Under the pieces are notes generated by a model, which was given only the letters and a program-made list of their open reading frames with translations, did not search any database and had not been told where the DNA came from. Of a stretch of DNA of 64,000 bases, positions 8,691 to 16,967 are shown piece after piece. Source of the stretch: Candidatus Micrarchaeota archaeon (lineage in GTDB: Archaea; Micrarchaeota; Micrarchaeia; Anstonellales; Bilamarchaeaceae); contig JAZDKI010000021.1 of assembly GCA_043803165.1 (NCBI GenBank), positions 5,576-69,575 of the forward strand, in the 5' to 3' direction. A program made the translations under genes and the position numbers. Each line of letters starts with the position of its first letter. Position 1 is the first letter of the stretch.

Positions 8691-9639
8691 TAAAATCCGA
8701 GCGCACGAAATCAGAGAGTGTTTTCGGTCGGACCCTGAACGATCCCTTCAGCGATTCCAGCGCATCTTCCAGCAGGCTGAGGTTCTTGGGGGATGAATAG
8801 CCGAAAGACGGGTCGCCAGGACCCATCTCAGGCTCGAAGAACTCCCAGGGATGGCACAGGAGCATGACGTGGGGTTTCTGGTCTGCGAGAATCTGGGCTT
8901 TGGCGACCCGTGTGGCTGCTGCGACGATGTCCAGCTCTTTCTTGACGATGTTGTGGGTGTTGAAGACCACGTATCTTGCGCGGAGCGAGTGGCCGAAGAC
9001 AGGTTTCGGGTCGAACGAGACGGGCACTTCCGCGAGTCCGTGCGACAATGCGGCTGCGTTCCCGCCCCCCGAATAGGACGGATATGATGAGTCGGCCGTG
9101 AAGCCTGCCTCTTTCAGGATGCCAAGCGATAGCGGATCGATCACCATGTTGGGGGCGCGGAACGATGACGGCGCCTGGAATCCGGCGGCCTTGAAAGCGG
9201 CCAGGGACTTGGAGATGAGCTCTTTGCGCTCTTTGGGGCTCGGCACCGGGTCTTTCACGAACCATGACTGGCCCCATTGCTCATGGGCATAGCCATGCAA
9301 GCCGATCTCATGACTAGCGCCAAGGGCGCGGATGTCTCCGGCCAATCTTTGGATAAGGTCCCCCTGCACGAACAGGGTGGCCTTGATCCCGTGCTTGTCG
9401 AAGAATCCTTTGGCGAGTTTTAGGAATGGGGACGCGCATCCCGCTTCGCCCTTGCCTCCGGAACCATAATCGTATTCGACATCCACGGTGAATATGAGGT
9501 CCAGCTCCGGGTTCTGCCCGAGGTCCAGGCGGTCCATCCTGGAGCGGAGCGAGTCCCATCTCAGCCGGTTGAGCGGGTAGTATAATGGAAGGCGGGGATC
9601 AGAGATGAACGATACCGCGCGCCCTAACGCATCAGGCAT
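8671..9639 (-). CDS. polysaccharide deacetylase (CE4/NodB-like)
   Basis: DLIFTVDVEYDYG (TFDDG-like motif), HEIGLHGYAHE (His-His metal motif), LLCHPWEF. Confidence 0.65.
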   Translation of the reverse strand: MPDALGRAVSFISDPRLPLYYPLNRLRWDSLRSRMDRLDLGQNPELDLIFTVDVEYDYGSGGKGEAGCASPFLKLAKGFFDKHGIKATLFVQGDLIQRLAGDIRALGASHEIGLHGYAHEQWGQSWFVKDPVPSPKERKELISKSLAAFKAAGFQAPSSFRAPNMVIDPLSLGILKEAGFTADSSYPSYSGGGNAAALSHGLAEVPVSFDPKPVFGHSLRARYVVFNTHNIVKKELDIVAAATRVAKAQILADQKPHVMLLCHPWEFFEPEMGPGDPSFGYSSPKNLSLLEDALESLKGSFRVRPKTLSDFVRSDFISASQR

Positions 9640-9701
9640 GGAACACAGAGGGCAGGAATGGTTTAAAGGATGAGCGGGCGTTTCTTCTGCGGTTGGATCC
9701 G

Positions 9702-10799
9702 ATGGCTGGGGAAATGTCTGCGCGAAGCGTCTACATCATCGCCACTCCTTATCATTTCCTGCTCTGCGCCGGCGTGGCATCTTATGTGGACAAGAATCCG
9801 GATAAGCGCCTCGTCATAGCTTCTCATTTCAAGGACACTGAAAAGTGGGTCTCTGCCCTTAGGGGATGGAAAAGGAATCCCTTCTCCGATATCTTGGTTG
9901 TCGGAGAGAGGAGAAGCGGGGTGGCTGCCGAGAAGGTCGCGACTATGAGAGCGAATCTGGCTTCGATCGGGTCCACGCTTAAATCCCCCCCGGGCCCTTT
10001 CGACGCCTTCGTCTTCAATATCGAACAGCCCGAAGGCCAGCTGGTCGCCTACGAATGCAGCAAAAGGAAAGGCGCATGCACATATGTCGAGGACGGCATA
10101 GGGGCATACACCAGGCGCGATATCCGCGACCCGCTCCATCTCCTCATAGTGAAAAAGCTCCTCTACGGCCTTTGGTTCGAGCGCGTCAGCACGCAGATAG
10201 AATACCAGTATTTCGACAAGGCGCTCGTGCTCAGGCCTGACCTGGTCCCGAAGAAGCCCGATAACGTGGAGCTCTCGGCGATCCCAGCCGATATCTTCGA
10301 GCGCCTGGATAAGGACGGGCTCGTCAACCTGATATTCAAGGAGTATGGCGAGAAGCCCGCGCAGGATTGCGAGGCGATCGTGTTCCTCCCGTTCCATATA
10401 GCTGCAGAGCAGATGGGGTATGAGAGGACGGTCGCAGCCTATTCGAGGATCATCGATGCCCTGATCCGGAAAGGGATAAGGACTCTTGTGAAATACCATC
10501 CGCGGGAGGATAAAGGGGATTTCCTGTCGATCTCGGGGATGAAGGGGATAAAGACGGTCCACCAGGCGATAACGTCCGAACTGCTGTTCCTCAGATGGAA
10601 AAAATCCGGCAAACGGATCGTGATAGGAGACACGACCACCGCGCTTTCCAGCTGCAAGCTCATGGTCCCGGATGCCAAATCCATCAGCATCATCGATATC
10701 CTCGGATATGATGATAAGGTCGGACTGGGGGGATTATTCAGCAAGTGGGACGTACTGAGGCCAAAGACGATGGAGGAGCTCCTCAGCCTTCTGGATTGA
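9702..10799 (+). CDS. putative nonulosonic-acid (sialyl/pseudaminyl) transferase, GT52/GT38-like with HP motif
   Basis: ORF track starts with TTG at 9693; first ATG is 9702. N-terminal YIIATPYHFLL resembles the GT52 N-terminus. KYHPRED provides the conserved HP motif of bacterial sialyltransferases (GT38/52/80). Sits in a nonulosonic-acid biosynthesis context. Confidence 0.45.
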   Translation: MAGEMSARSVYIIATPYHFLLCAGVASYVDKNPDKRLVIASHFKDTEKWVSALRGWKRNPFSDILVVGERRSGVAAEKVATMRANLASIGSTLKSPPGPFDAFVFNIEQPEGQLVAYECSKRKGACTYVEDGIGAYTRRDIRDPLHLLIVKKLLYGLWFERVSTQIEYQYFDKALVLRPDLVPKKPDNVELSAIPADIFERLDKDGLVNLIFKEYGEKPAQDCEAIVFLPFHIAAEQMGYERTVAAYSRIIDALIRKGIRTLVKYHPREDKGDFLSISGMKGIKTVHQAITSELLFLRWKKSGKRIVIGDTTTALSSCKLMVPDAKSISIIDILGYDDKVGLGGLFSKWDVLRPKTMEELLSLLD

Positions 10800-11328
10800 C
10801 CAGCCCGAAAAGCAGGCCGTCCACGTATCTGCCTTCGAAAAGGTACTGCTCCTTGCGCTTTCCTTCCAGGGCGAAGCCTGCGGCGAGGAACGCTTTCTCA
10901 GAGCCGGTATTGCCGCTATAGCATCCGGCGGTCAGTTTATGGAGCCCGAGCTTCTTGAATGCGTGGGCGGAGAGAAGGCTGATCGCCTCGGTGGCGTATC
11001 CCTTGCCCCAGCAACCCTTGTCTCCGATGAGTATGCCGATATCCGCGCTCTTATGATGGCGGTTGATCGGCCCCAGCTTGATGTTGCCGATGTGCCTGCC
11101 GCCTTCTTTGAGGACTATCGCGAGGAAAAGGATGTCCGGATCGCCCAGGGCCCCCTGGACGAACCTCTTCATGGCAGGTTTCGAGTTGTCCGAGAACCTG
11201 GATTCCAGATACCTCGTCACTTCAGGGTCCTGCATCCAGGAAAAATATGGCCCGTCGACATCTGTCGGCTGCACCTTGCGAAGGTATATCCTCTTCCCGG
11301 TTATCGGCGGTTCGGCTCCAGACGGCAT
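10783..11328 (-). CDS. GNAT family N-acetyltransferase (RimL-like)
   Basis: GNAT fold motifs (GCWGKGYATEA, FKKLGLHKL). Confidence 0.8.
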   Translation of the reverse strand: MPSGAEPPITGKRIYLRKVQPTDVDGPYFSWMQDPEVTRYLESRFSDNSKPAMKRFVQGALGDPDILFLAIVLKEGGRHIGNIKLGPINRHHKSADIGILIGDKGCWGKGYATEAISLLSAHAFKKLGLHKLTAGCYSGNTGSEKAFLAAGFALEGKRKEQYLFEGRYVDGLLFGLVNPEG

Positions 11329-11398
11329 CTGATGACCTTTTTTCAGGATAATGCTTGCTCAATCAGCGATTAAATAGTATCGGGACGAATAATGATAT

Positions 11399-12391
11399 AT
11401 GAACTGGAAGTCCAAGAAGGTCCTGGTCACAGGCTCTGCCGGATTCATCGGGAGCCACCTCACAGAAGAGCTGGTCCGCCTCGGGGCGGACGTGCGGGCG
11501 ATGGTGCGCTACAACTCGGGCAACAGCTGGGGCAACCTGGAGCTGATACCAAAGGAGACGCGCGACGCGCTCGAAGTGGTGGCAGGGGACATCCGCGACC
11601 CTTTTTTCACCAGGAAGGCAGTGGACGGATGCGACACGGTGTTCCATCTCGCGGCCCTGATAGCGATCCCGTATTCTTATGTCGCCCCTAAAGACTTCGT
11701 CGATACGAACGTCGGGGGCACATTGAACCTGATGCAGGCATGCCTGGACTGCGGCGTGAAGAAGGTCGTCCACACCTCCACCAGCGAGGTATACGGCACC
11801 GCGCAATATGCGCCGATAGACGAGAAGCACCCGATAGTGGGACAGTCTCCGTATTCCGCGAGCAAGATCGGCGCTGATAAGATAGCGGAGAGTTATTTCT
11901 GCTCGTTCGGCCTTCCAGTCGCGACCTTGCGCCCATTCAACACGTTCGGGCCGAGGCAGTCGGCGCGCGCGGTCATCCCGGCAATGATATCCCAGATGGT
12001 CTCGGGGAGGAAACAGATCTTGCTCGGCTCGCTGGACCCGGTCAGGGATTTCACCTATGTCCTGGACACCGCAAGGGCTTTCATCAAGGTGGCCGAGTCC
12101 CAGAAAACCGTAGGGAGGGTCGTGAATTCAGGCACCGGAGAGGGGCATAAGATCGGCGAGGTCGCCGAGATCGCGAAAAGGCTTACAGGATGCAAGGCGC
12201 CGGTCTCAGTGGACCGCGAACGCGTGAGGCCCGAGAACAGCGAGGTGTTCAAGCTCATCTGCTCCAACAGGCTGATAGGGGAGCTGGCGGACTGGAAGCC
12301 AGGCTACACCTTCGAGGGGGGCATGGCCGAGACCGTGAGGCACATCAAAGAGAACATCGGCCGCTACAAGCCGGGGATATACAATATCTGA
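11399..12391 (+). CDS. NAD-dependent NDP-hexose 4,6-dehydratase/epimerase (CDP-glucose 4,6-dehydratase-like)
   Basis: VLVTGSAGFIGSHL, YSASKIGAD, extended SDR. TATA-like gattaaatagtat ~25 nt upstream of ATG 11399. Confidence 0.75.
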   Translation: MNWKSKKVLVTGSAGFIGSHLTEELVRLGADVRAMVRYNSGNSWGNLELIPKETRDALEVVAGDIRDPFFTRKAVDGCDTVFHLAALIAIPYSYVAPKDFVDTNVGGTLNLMQACLDCGVKKVVHTSTSEVYGTAQYAPIDEKHPIVGQSPYSASKIGADKIAESYFCSFGLPVATLRPFNTFGPRQSARAVIPAMISQMVSGRKQILLGSLDPVRDFTYVLDTARAFIKVAESQKTVGRVVNSGTGEGHKIGEVAEIAKRLTGCKAPVSVDRERVRPENSEVFKLICSNRLIGELADWKPGYTFEGGMAETVRHIKENIGRYKPGIYNI

Positions 12392-12399
12392 GGGATCAT

Positions 12400-13107
12400 A
12401 TGCAGGCGATACTTCTAGCCGGAGGGAAGGGCACCAGGCTCAGGCCATATACGGCGACGTTCCCGAAGCCCTTGATGCCCCTTGGCGACCGGCCGATACT
12501 TGAGATCGTGATAAGACAGCTCAGGAAGGCGGGCTTCGGCGATATAATCATATCGACGGGGCATCTGGCGGGGCTGATCGAGGCGTATTTCGGCGATGGG
12601 GGAAGGTTCGGGGTGAAGATAAGGTACGTGCGCGAGGAGAAGCCCCTGAACACCGCAGGCGCCCTGACGATGATAGGCGGACTCGAGGAGGACTTCCTTG
12701 TGATGAACGGGGATATCCTCACCACGCTCGACTACGGCGCGCTCATGAGGTTCCACAAGTCAAAGAAGACGGCAGCCACGATCGGCGTCCATGAACGGAT
12801 CGAGAAGGTCGATTATGGGGTCATCGAGGTCGGAAAAGACGGGATGCTCTCGGATTACATCGAGAAGCCGTCCAAGAGCTACCTGGTCAGCATGGGGATA
12901 AACATCCTATCGAAGAAGGCGGTCTCGCATATCAAGGGCGGGGAGGCGATAGGGATGCCTGACCTCATGCTCAGGCTGAAGGCGAAGGGAGAGAAGGTCG
13001 CCTGCTTCAGATCCGATTGCGAATGGCTAGATATCGGCAGGCCGGACGACTACGAGCGCGCCCAGAAGGCGATGGCAGAAGATCCGGGGAAGTATCTCGA
13101 TGCCTAG
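12400..13107 (+). CDS. sugar-1-phosphate nucleotidyltransferase (glucose-1-phosphate cytidylyl/thymidylyltransferase-like)
   Basis: MQAILLAGGKGTRLRPYT...KPLMPLGDRPIL. ATG 12400 lies 8 nt after the upstream stop, with a GAGGGAT SD-like element. ORF-track extension to 12190 rejected. Confidence 0.75.
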   Translation: MQAILLAGGKGTRLRPYTATFPKPLMPLGDRPILEIVIRQLRKAGFGDIIISTGHLAGLIEAYFGDGGRFGVKIRYVREEKPLNTAGALTMIGGLEEDFLVMNGDILTTLDYGALMRFHKSKKTAATIGVHERIEKVDYGVIEVGKDGMLSDYIEKPSKSYLVSMGINILSKKAVSHIKGGEAIGMPDLMLRLKAKGEKVACFRSDCEWLDIGRPDDYERAQKAMAEDPGKYLDA

Positions 13108-14002
13108 CTATCTTGTGACTGGGGCCACCGGATATATCGGGGGCATGTTCGCTAGGTTCCTGAGGAAGGAGAGGCCCAGGGCAGAGGTCTTGGGGATCGG
13201 CCGGGGGAGATGCGGGATAGGAGGCATGGAATGCCTGGAAATAGATTTAACAGACGTCAAGGCGACAGAAGAGGCCGTGTCCGATTTTTCGCCTGATTTC
13301 ATTTTCCATCTGGCAGGCGTGCCTTATTCCGAAGACTGGGGGGCGCTTTTGGCAGGAAACGTGAAGACCACGATATCCGTCTTGGAGGCCGCGGCAAAGC
13401 TCGGGAAGGGGCGGGTCGTCGTTGTCGGCTCCGCCGCTGAATACGGCAGGGTCGAGGGTGCGGATTTGCCGATCAAGGAGACCCAGGCGCTCAAACCCCT
13501 CTCGCGCTATGGTATCTCGATGGCCTGCAGGGGCGCGATAACCAGGGGGTTCTCGGCCATGGGATGCGACGCGGTCTTGGGCAGGCTCTTCAATCCTATC
13601 GGGCCGGGCTTGGGGGAAAATTTCGCCTTGGGCTCTTTCGCCAAGCAGATCAGGGCGATCTCTTCGGGCACTCAGAAGGCCGAGATGCTTGTCGGCAATC
13701 TCAAGGCCAAGCGGGATTTCATCGATACCGAAGATGCGTGCAGGGCATTCCTGGCGTTAGCCGAGAAAGGGAAGCGCGGGGAGGACTACAATATCTGCTC
13801 GGGCAGGTCATATGTCCTTTCCGGCCTGCTCGATATGATGCTTAAGGAGATGGGGCTCGAAGCCGAGATAAAGGTGGAGCAGGGCAGGATCCGCAAGGGC
13901 GAGGTCGCGGATGTGCGGGGAAGCACCGATAAGATCTCGAAAGACACGGGCTGGAAGCCGCAGGTCCCCATAGAAGAGAGCGTCAGGCGCCTGCTTGCAT
14001 GA
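13100..14002 (+). CDS. NAD-dependent epimerase/dehydratase family protein (NDP-sugar reductase/epimerase)
   Basis: LVTGATGYIGG Rossmann motif. Overlaps the upstream gene by 8 nt (operon 11399-14002). Confidence 0.7.
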   Translation: MPSYLVTGATGYIGGMFARFLRKERPRAEVLGIGRGRCGIGGMECLEIDLTDVKATEEAVSDFSPDFIFHLAGVPYSEDWGALLAGNVKTTISVLEAAAKLGKGRVVVVGSAAEYGRVEGADLPIKETQALKPLSRYGISMACRGAITRGFSAMGCDAVLGRLFNPIGPGLGENFALGSFAKQIRAISSGTQKAEMLVGNLKAKRDFIDTEDACRAFLALAEKGKRGEDYNICSGRSYVLSGLLDMMLKEMGLEAEIKVEQGRIRKGEVADVRGSTDKISKDTGWKPQVPIEESVRRLLA

Positions 14003-15014
14003 TCTCTTTAGTTAGCGAATCGAACTGCCTCTTGAAAAGCGCGAGCATATCGCGCTCGTTGAAAAACATCGCGGCGTGGCGGGATTTATCTGAAAGCGCC
14101 TTCTTCCCCCCTATGGGCAGGTCCAGGTATGCGATGATAGCTTCCGCGATCCTCTCTTCGTCCAGCGGGACTACCATGCCGGGGTCGATCTTCGCGACGA
14201 CATCCTTCGCCCCGTTCTCTATCGAAACGATATTAGGGACGCCGGATGCGAGGGCTTCAAGGGCCGAGACCGGGAACATGTCGCCCCGGCTGGGCTGGAC
14301 ATACAGGGCGCAGGAGCGGAAGACCTCCGCCATATCCGGGACATCCCTCAGGATTGTTATCCGGGCCGGGTCGTAGCCTTCGACCGATGCGATCTCAGCC
14401 TCGCCCAGGCGTGTCACGATTTTGAGCCTGGCATCCGGATAACGCTCGGAGACCTTCTTCATAGCGAGAAAGAGCAGGTCCAGGCCTTTGTTGTGCGGGT
14501 CGCTTGTCGCCACGATTGTGATGTTATTCGAACCTAGGGCCGGCTTCACCGATGCGAACCTCCCCATCGAGGCCTCGCTGATGAACGGGTAGATGATCCT
14601 GGCAGGGGCCTTTACCCCGAGGCGCTCCAGCAGCTCCATGCCGTAGGCGCCATAGACCAGGAAGCCGTCCACGTCCTTCATAAGGTCCAGCAGGACCTTC
14701 TTCTCCGCCCCCTTGATGCGGGAAGAGAGGAGATGGTAGGGGAGGGGGCCGCAGTTCATATTGATTATCTTTGTGTCTCCGAGCAGGCCCAGCCTCCGCT
14801 TGATGGCCGGATAATGGTAGCATGACTCGCAGAGCATGATATCATAGCCTGATGGGACCGAGAGGGACCCTTTGAAGAGCTTGAACGCCATCACCGGGGG
14901 GGATTGGTCCTTGGCGGCCTTCTCTTCGAGCATCCGGCTGATCGCGCCGACCGATTCCCCGAACCTCCGATGCACAGGGTGGCCGCCGCTGAGAAGGATG
15001 AGGGTCCTGGTCAT
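13983..15014 (-). CDS. glycosyltransferase family 4 (GT-B, retaining)
   Basis: C-terminal E-x7-E region (VSALEALASGVPNIVSIENGAKDVV). Start at ATG 15014, forming an ATGA overlap with the upstream GalE-like stop (15011-15013). ORF-track start 15074 rejected. Confidence 0.8.
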   Translation of the reverse strand: MTRTLILLSGGHPVHRRFGESVGAISRMLEEKAAKDQSPPVMAFKLFKGSLSVPSGYDIMLCESCYHYPAIKRRLGLLGDTKIINMNCGPLPYHLLSSRIKGAEKKVLLDLMKDVDGFLVYGAYGMELLERLGVKAPARIIYPFISEASMGRFASVKPALGSNNITIVATSDPHNKGLDLLFLAMKKVSERYPDARLKIVTRLGEAEIASVEGYDPARITILRDVPDMAEVFRSCALYVQPSRGDMFPVSALEALASGVPNIVSIENGAKDVVAKIDPGMVVPLDEERIAEAIIAYLDLPIGGKKALSDKSRHAAMFFNERDMLALFKRQFDSLTKEIMQAGA

Positions 15015-15916
15015 GAATCCAGCCATCCGATATAGCGCCTCAGCCCCTCTTCGAAGCTCGTCTCCTGCTTCCATCCAAGGCGCTCGAGTTTAGAGGCATC
15101 CAAAAGCATCAGCCTGACATCTCCGGGCCATCCTTTGGGCGTCCCGGTGTAGCGGAGCTCCGGGAGCAGGCCCATCTGCCTGCACATCATCTTAGCGATA
15201 TCCGAGACGGCCATCTTCTCCCTGCTCCCGACATTGAAGACGTCGTATCGTTCTTTCTGCTTCTCCCATGCGGTCATTATGGCGGATACGCAATCCGAGA
15301 CATGAAGATAGGATTTATCCTGCTTGCCGTCGCCCAGTATCTCCATCTCGCGCGGGTTTTTCGAAAGCTTGTTGAAGAAATCGAACATCACGCCGTGCGA
15401 GCTCCTCTCCCCGAAGATGTTGGCTAGGCGCAGGGTCGTCGCCTTGATGCCGTATGTTCCGGAGTAGGATGAGAGGTATGCCTCGCATGCTAGCTTGCTC
15501 GCCCCGTAGTTGCTGATGGGGGCGCAGGGATATGTCTCGGGGGTCGGGATGAGTTCCGCATCGCCATAGACGGTCGATGTGGACGGGAAGACGATGCGCT
15601 TGATATCGGCCTTCCTGCACGATTCGAGCAGCCGGAAGGTCCCACCCACATTGATATCGAATGAGTTTTTCGGCTCGATGGCGCTGGCCCGGACATCCGG
15701 ATCGGCGGCCAGATGGAATACCACATCCATCCCTTCAAGCTCCAGGGACAAATCGTTGCAGATGTCCCTTTTCATGAACACCGCTTTCTCCGGGATGTTG
15801 GCCTTGGAACCTGAAGAGAGGTTGTCTATCACATAGACTTCGTGGCCTTCGGATATGAGCGCATCCGCTAGATGCGAACCTATGAATCCGGCGCCCCCCG
15901 TTACCGCTGCACGCAT
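15011..15916 (-). CDS. UDP-glucose 4-epimerase-like NAD-dependent epimerase (GalE family)
   Basis: MRAAVTGGAGFIGSHL, YGASKLACE (YxxxK). Confidence 0.8.
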   Translation of the reverse strand: MRAAVTGGAGFIGSHLADALISEGHEVYVIDNLSSGSKANIPEKAVFMKRDICNDLSLELEGMDVVFHLAADPDVRASAIEPKNSFDINVGGTFRLLESCRKADIKRIVFPSTSTVYGDAELIPTPETYPCAPISNYGASKLACEAYLSSYSGTYGIKATTLRLANIFGERSSHGVMFDFFNKLSKNPREMEILGDGKQDKSYLHVSDCVSAIMTAWEKQKERYDVFNVGSREKMAVSDIAKMMCRQMGLLPELRYTGTPKGWPGDVRLMLLDASKLERLGWKQETSFEEGLRRYIGWLDS

Positions 15917-15951
15917 ATGTATGACCTTCCCTAAAACCTCTTAAAAACAGG

Positions 15952-16965
15952 TCAGTGCTCCATCCTGAGGAGCTGGTTCAGGACGCTCTCGAGGCTGTGC
16001 TTCTGCAGGTATGAGAGGATGACCGGCAGGGAAAGCGAATCGACGATGATCATCACCATCCTTGTCAGGAACCCGAAGGCCACGGCCGATTCCAGCGGGA
16101 CGCCGAATGGCATCAGGATCGCGGCGAATCCGGCTTCGCTCGCCCCCGCCCCGGCTATCGTCGGTATAGGCAGGAACTGGATTATCGTCACGGCTGCCTG
16201 GAAGACCATCATGAACAGCAGGTCGTCGACAGGCTGGCCGGTGATCGTGATGCCCAGAGCCTTGGAGATGAGAAGCCATTCGAAGCCTTTCATGAGCCAA
16301 GTGAGGGATGTCAATGCGACGATCTTCCACTTGATCGCGAGCACCTTGTGGGAATGCTCGTGCATGTCCTCTATGAAAGCGAACGCGCGGGGAACTAGCG
16401 GCAGGGATTTCAGGAAGGACAGGCGCGGGAGGAGGGGCGGGTAAAAGACCAGGAGGCCGGCCGCCAGGATGCCGGAGAGGAAAACGAGCAAGACGATGGC
16501 ATTGACCAGCATATCGCCACCCCCCGCCATCGCGATGATCGCGTACATGAGCAGGGCGGCAGACGACACTTTTATCATGAAATCGAAAAGCTGGGGCCCG
16601 AGGATGGAGAGAAGGGTCTTCTCGAGTTTTATGCCATAGCGGGAAGAGAGCGAGAACGCGGTGAAGAAATAACCCGCCCGGGCAGGTGTGAAATCGGATG
16701 CCAGCATCCCTGCGAGGCTGGATTTCAGCACCTCGTGGGTCGGTATGCGGTCGCCGATGCTCTCAAGGACGACCTTCACCCGGTAGGCCATCATGATGTT
16801 CAGGCAGAGATATACCAGAAGCGCGAGGGCGAATAAGGGGAGGGATATGTTCAGGAGGGCTGAGACGACCTTGCCAAAGCCCACGAAATAGAAGATGCCC
16901 GCGAATATCGCGATCGACAGAGCGAGATTCAATAGAAGCTGGTACCGCTTGTCCAAAACAAACAC
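15952..16965 (-). CDS. polytopic membrane protein, flippase-like/UPF0104 (lysyl-PG synthase TM-region-like) family
   Basis: ~8 predicted TM helices throughout; no soluble domain. This family is commonly adjacent to glycosyltransferases. Confidence 0.5.
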   Translation of the reverse strand: MFVLDKRYQLLLNLALSIAIFAGIFYFVGFGKVVSALLNISLPLFALALLVYLCLNIMMAYRVKVVLESIGDRIPTHEVLKSSLAGMLASDFTPARAGYFFTAFSLSSRYGIKLEKTLLSILGPQLFDFMIKVSSAALLMYAIIAMAGGGDMLVNAIVLLVFLSGILAAGLLVFYPPLLPRLSFLKSLPLVPRAFAFIEDMHEHSHKVLAIKWKIVALTSLTWLMKGFEWLLISKALGITITGQPVDDLLFMMVFQAAVTIIQFLPIPTIAGAGASEAGFAAILMPFGVPLESAVAFGFLTRMVMIIVDSLSLPVILSYLQKHSLESVLNQLLRMEH

Positions 16966-16967
16966 CG

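Noticed and set aside
12190-12399. 5' extensions offered by the ORF track (12190 for the nucleotidyltransferase, 36323 for purP, 22607 for the GMC oxidoreductase, 25226 for the pilus ATPase, 5655 for rmlB, 15074 for GT4, 43583 for vapB)
   Set aside because: The extensions run through the upstream gene's coding region or stop codon and translate to Arg/Gly-rich junk. Conserved N-terminal motifs begin at the internal ATGs chosen, several of which have SD or TATA elements at the right distance.
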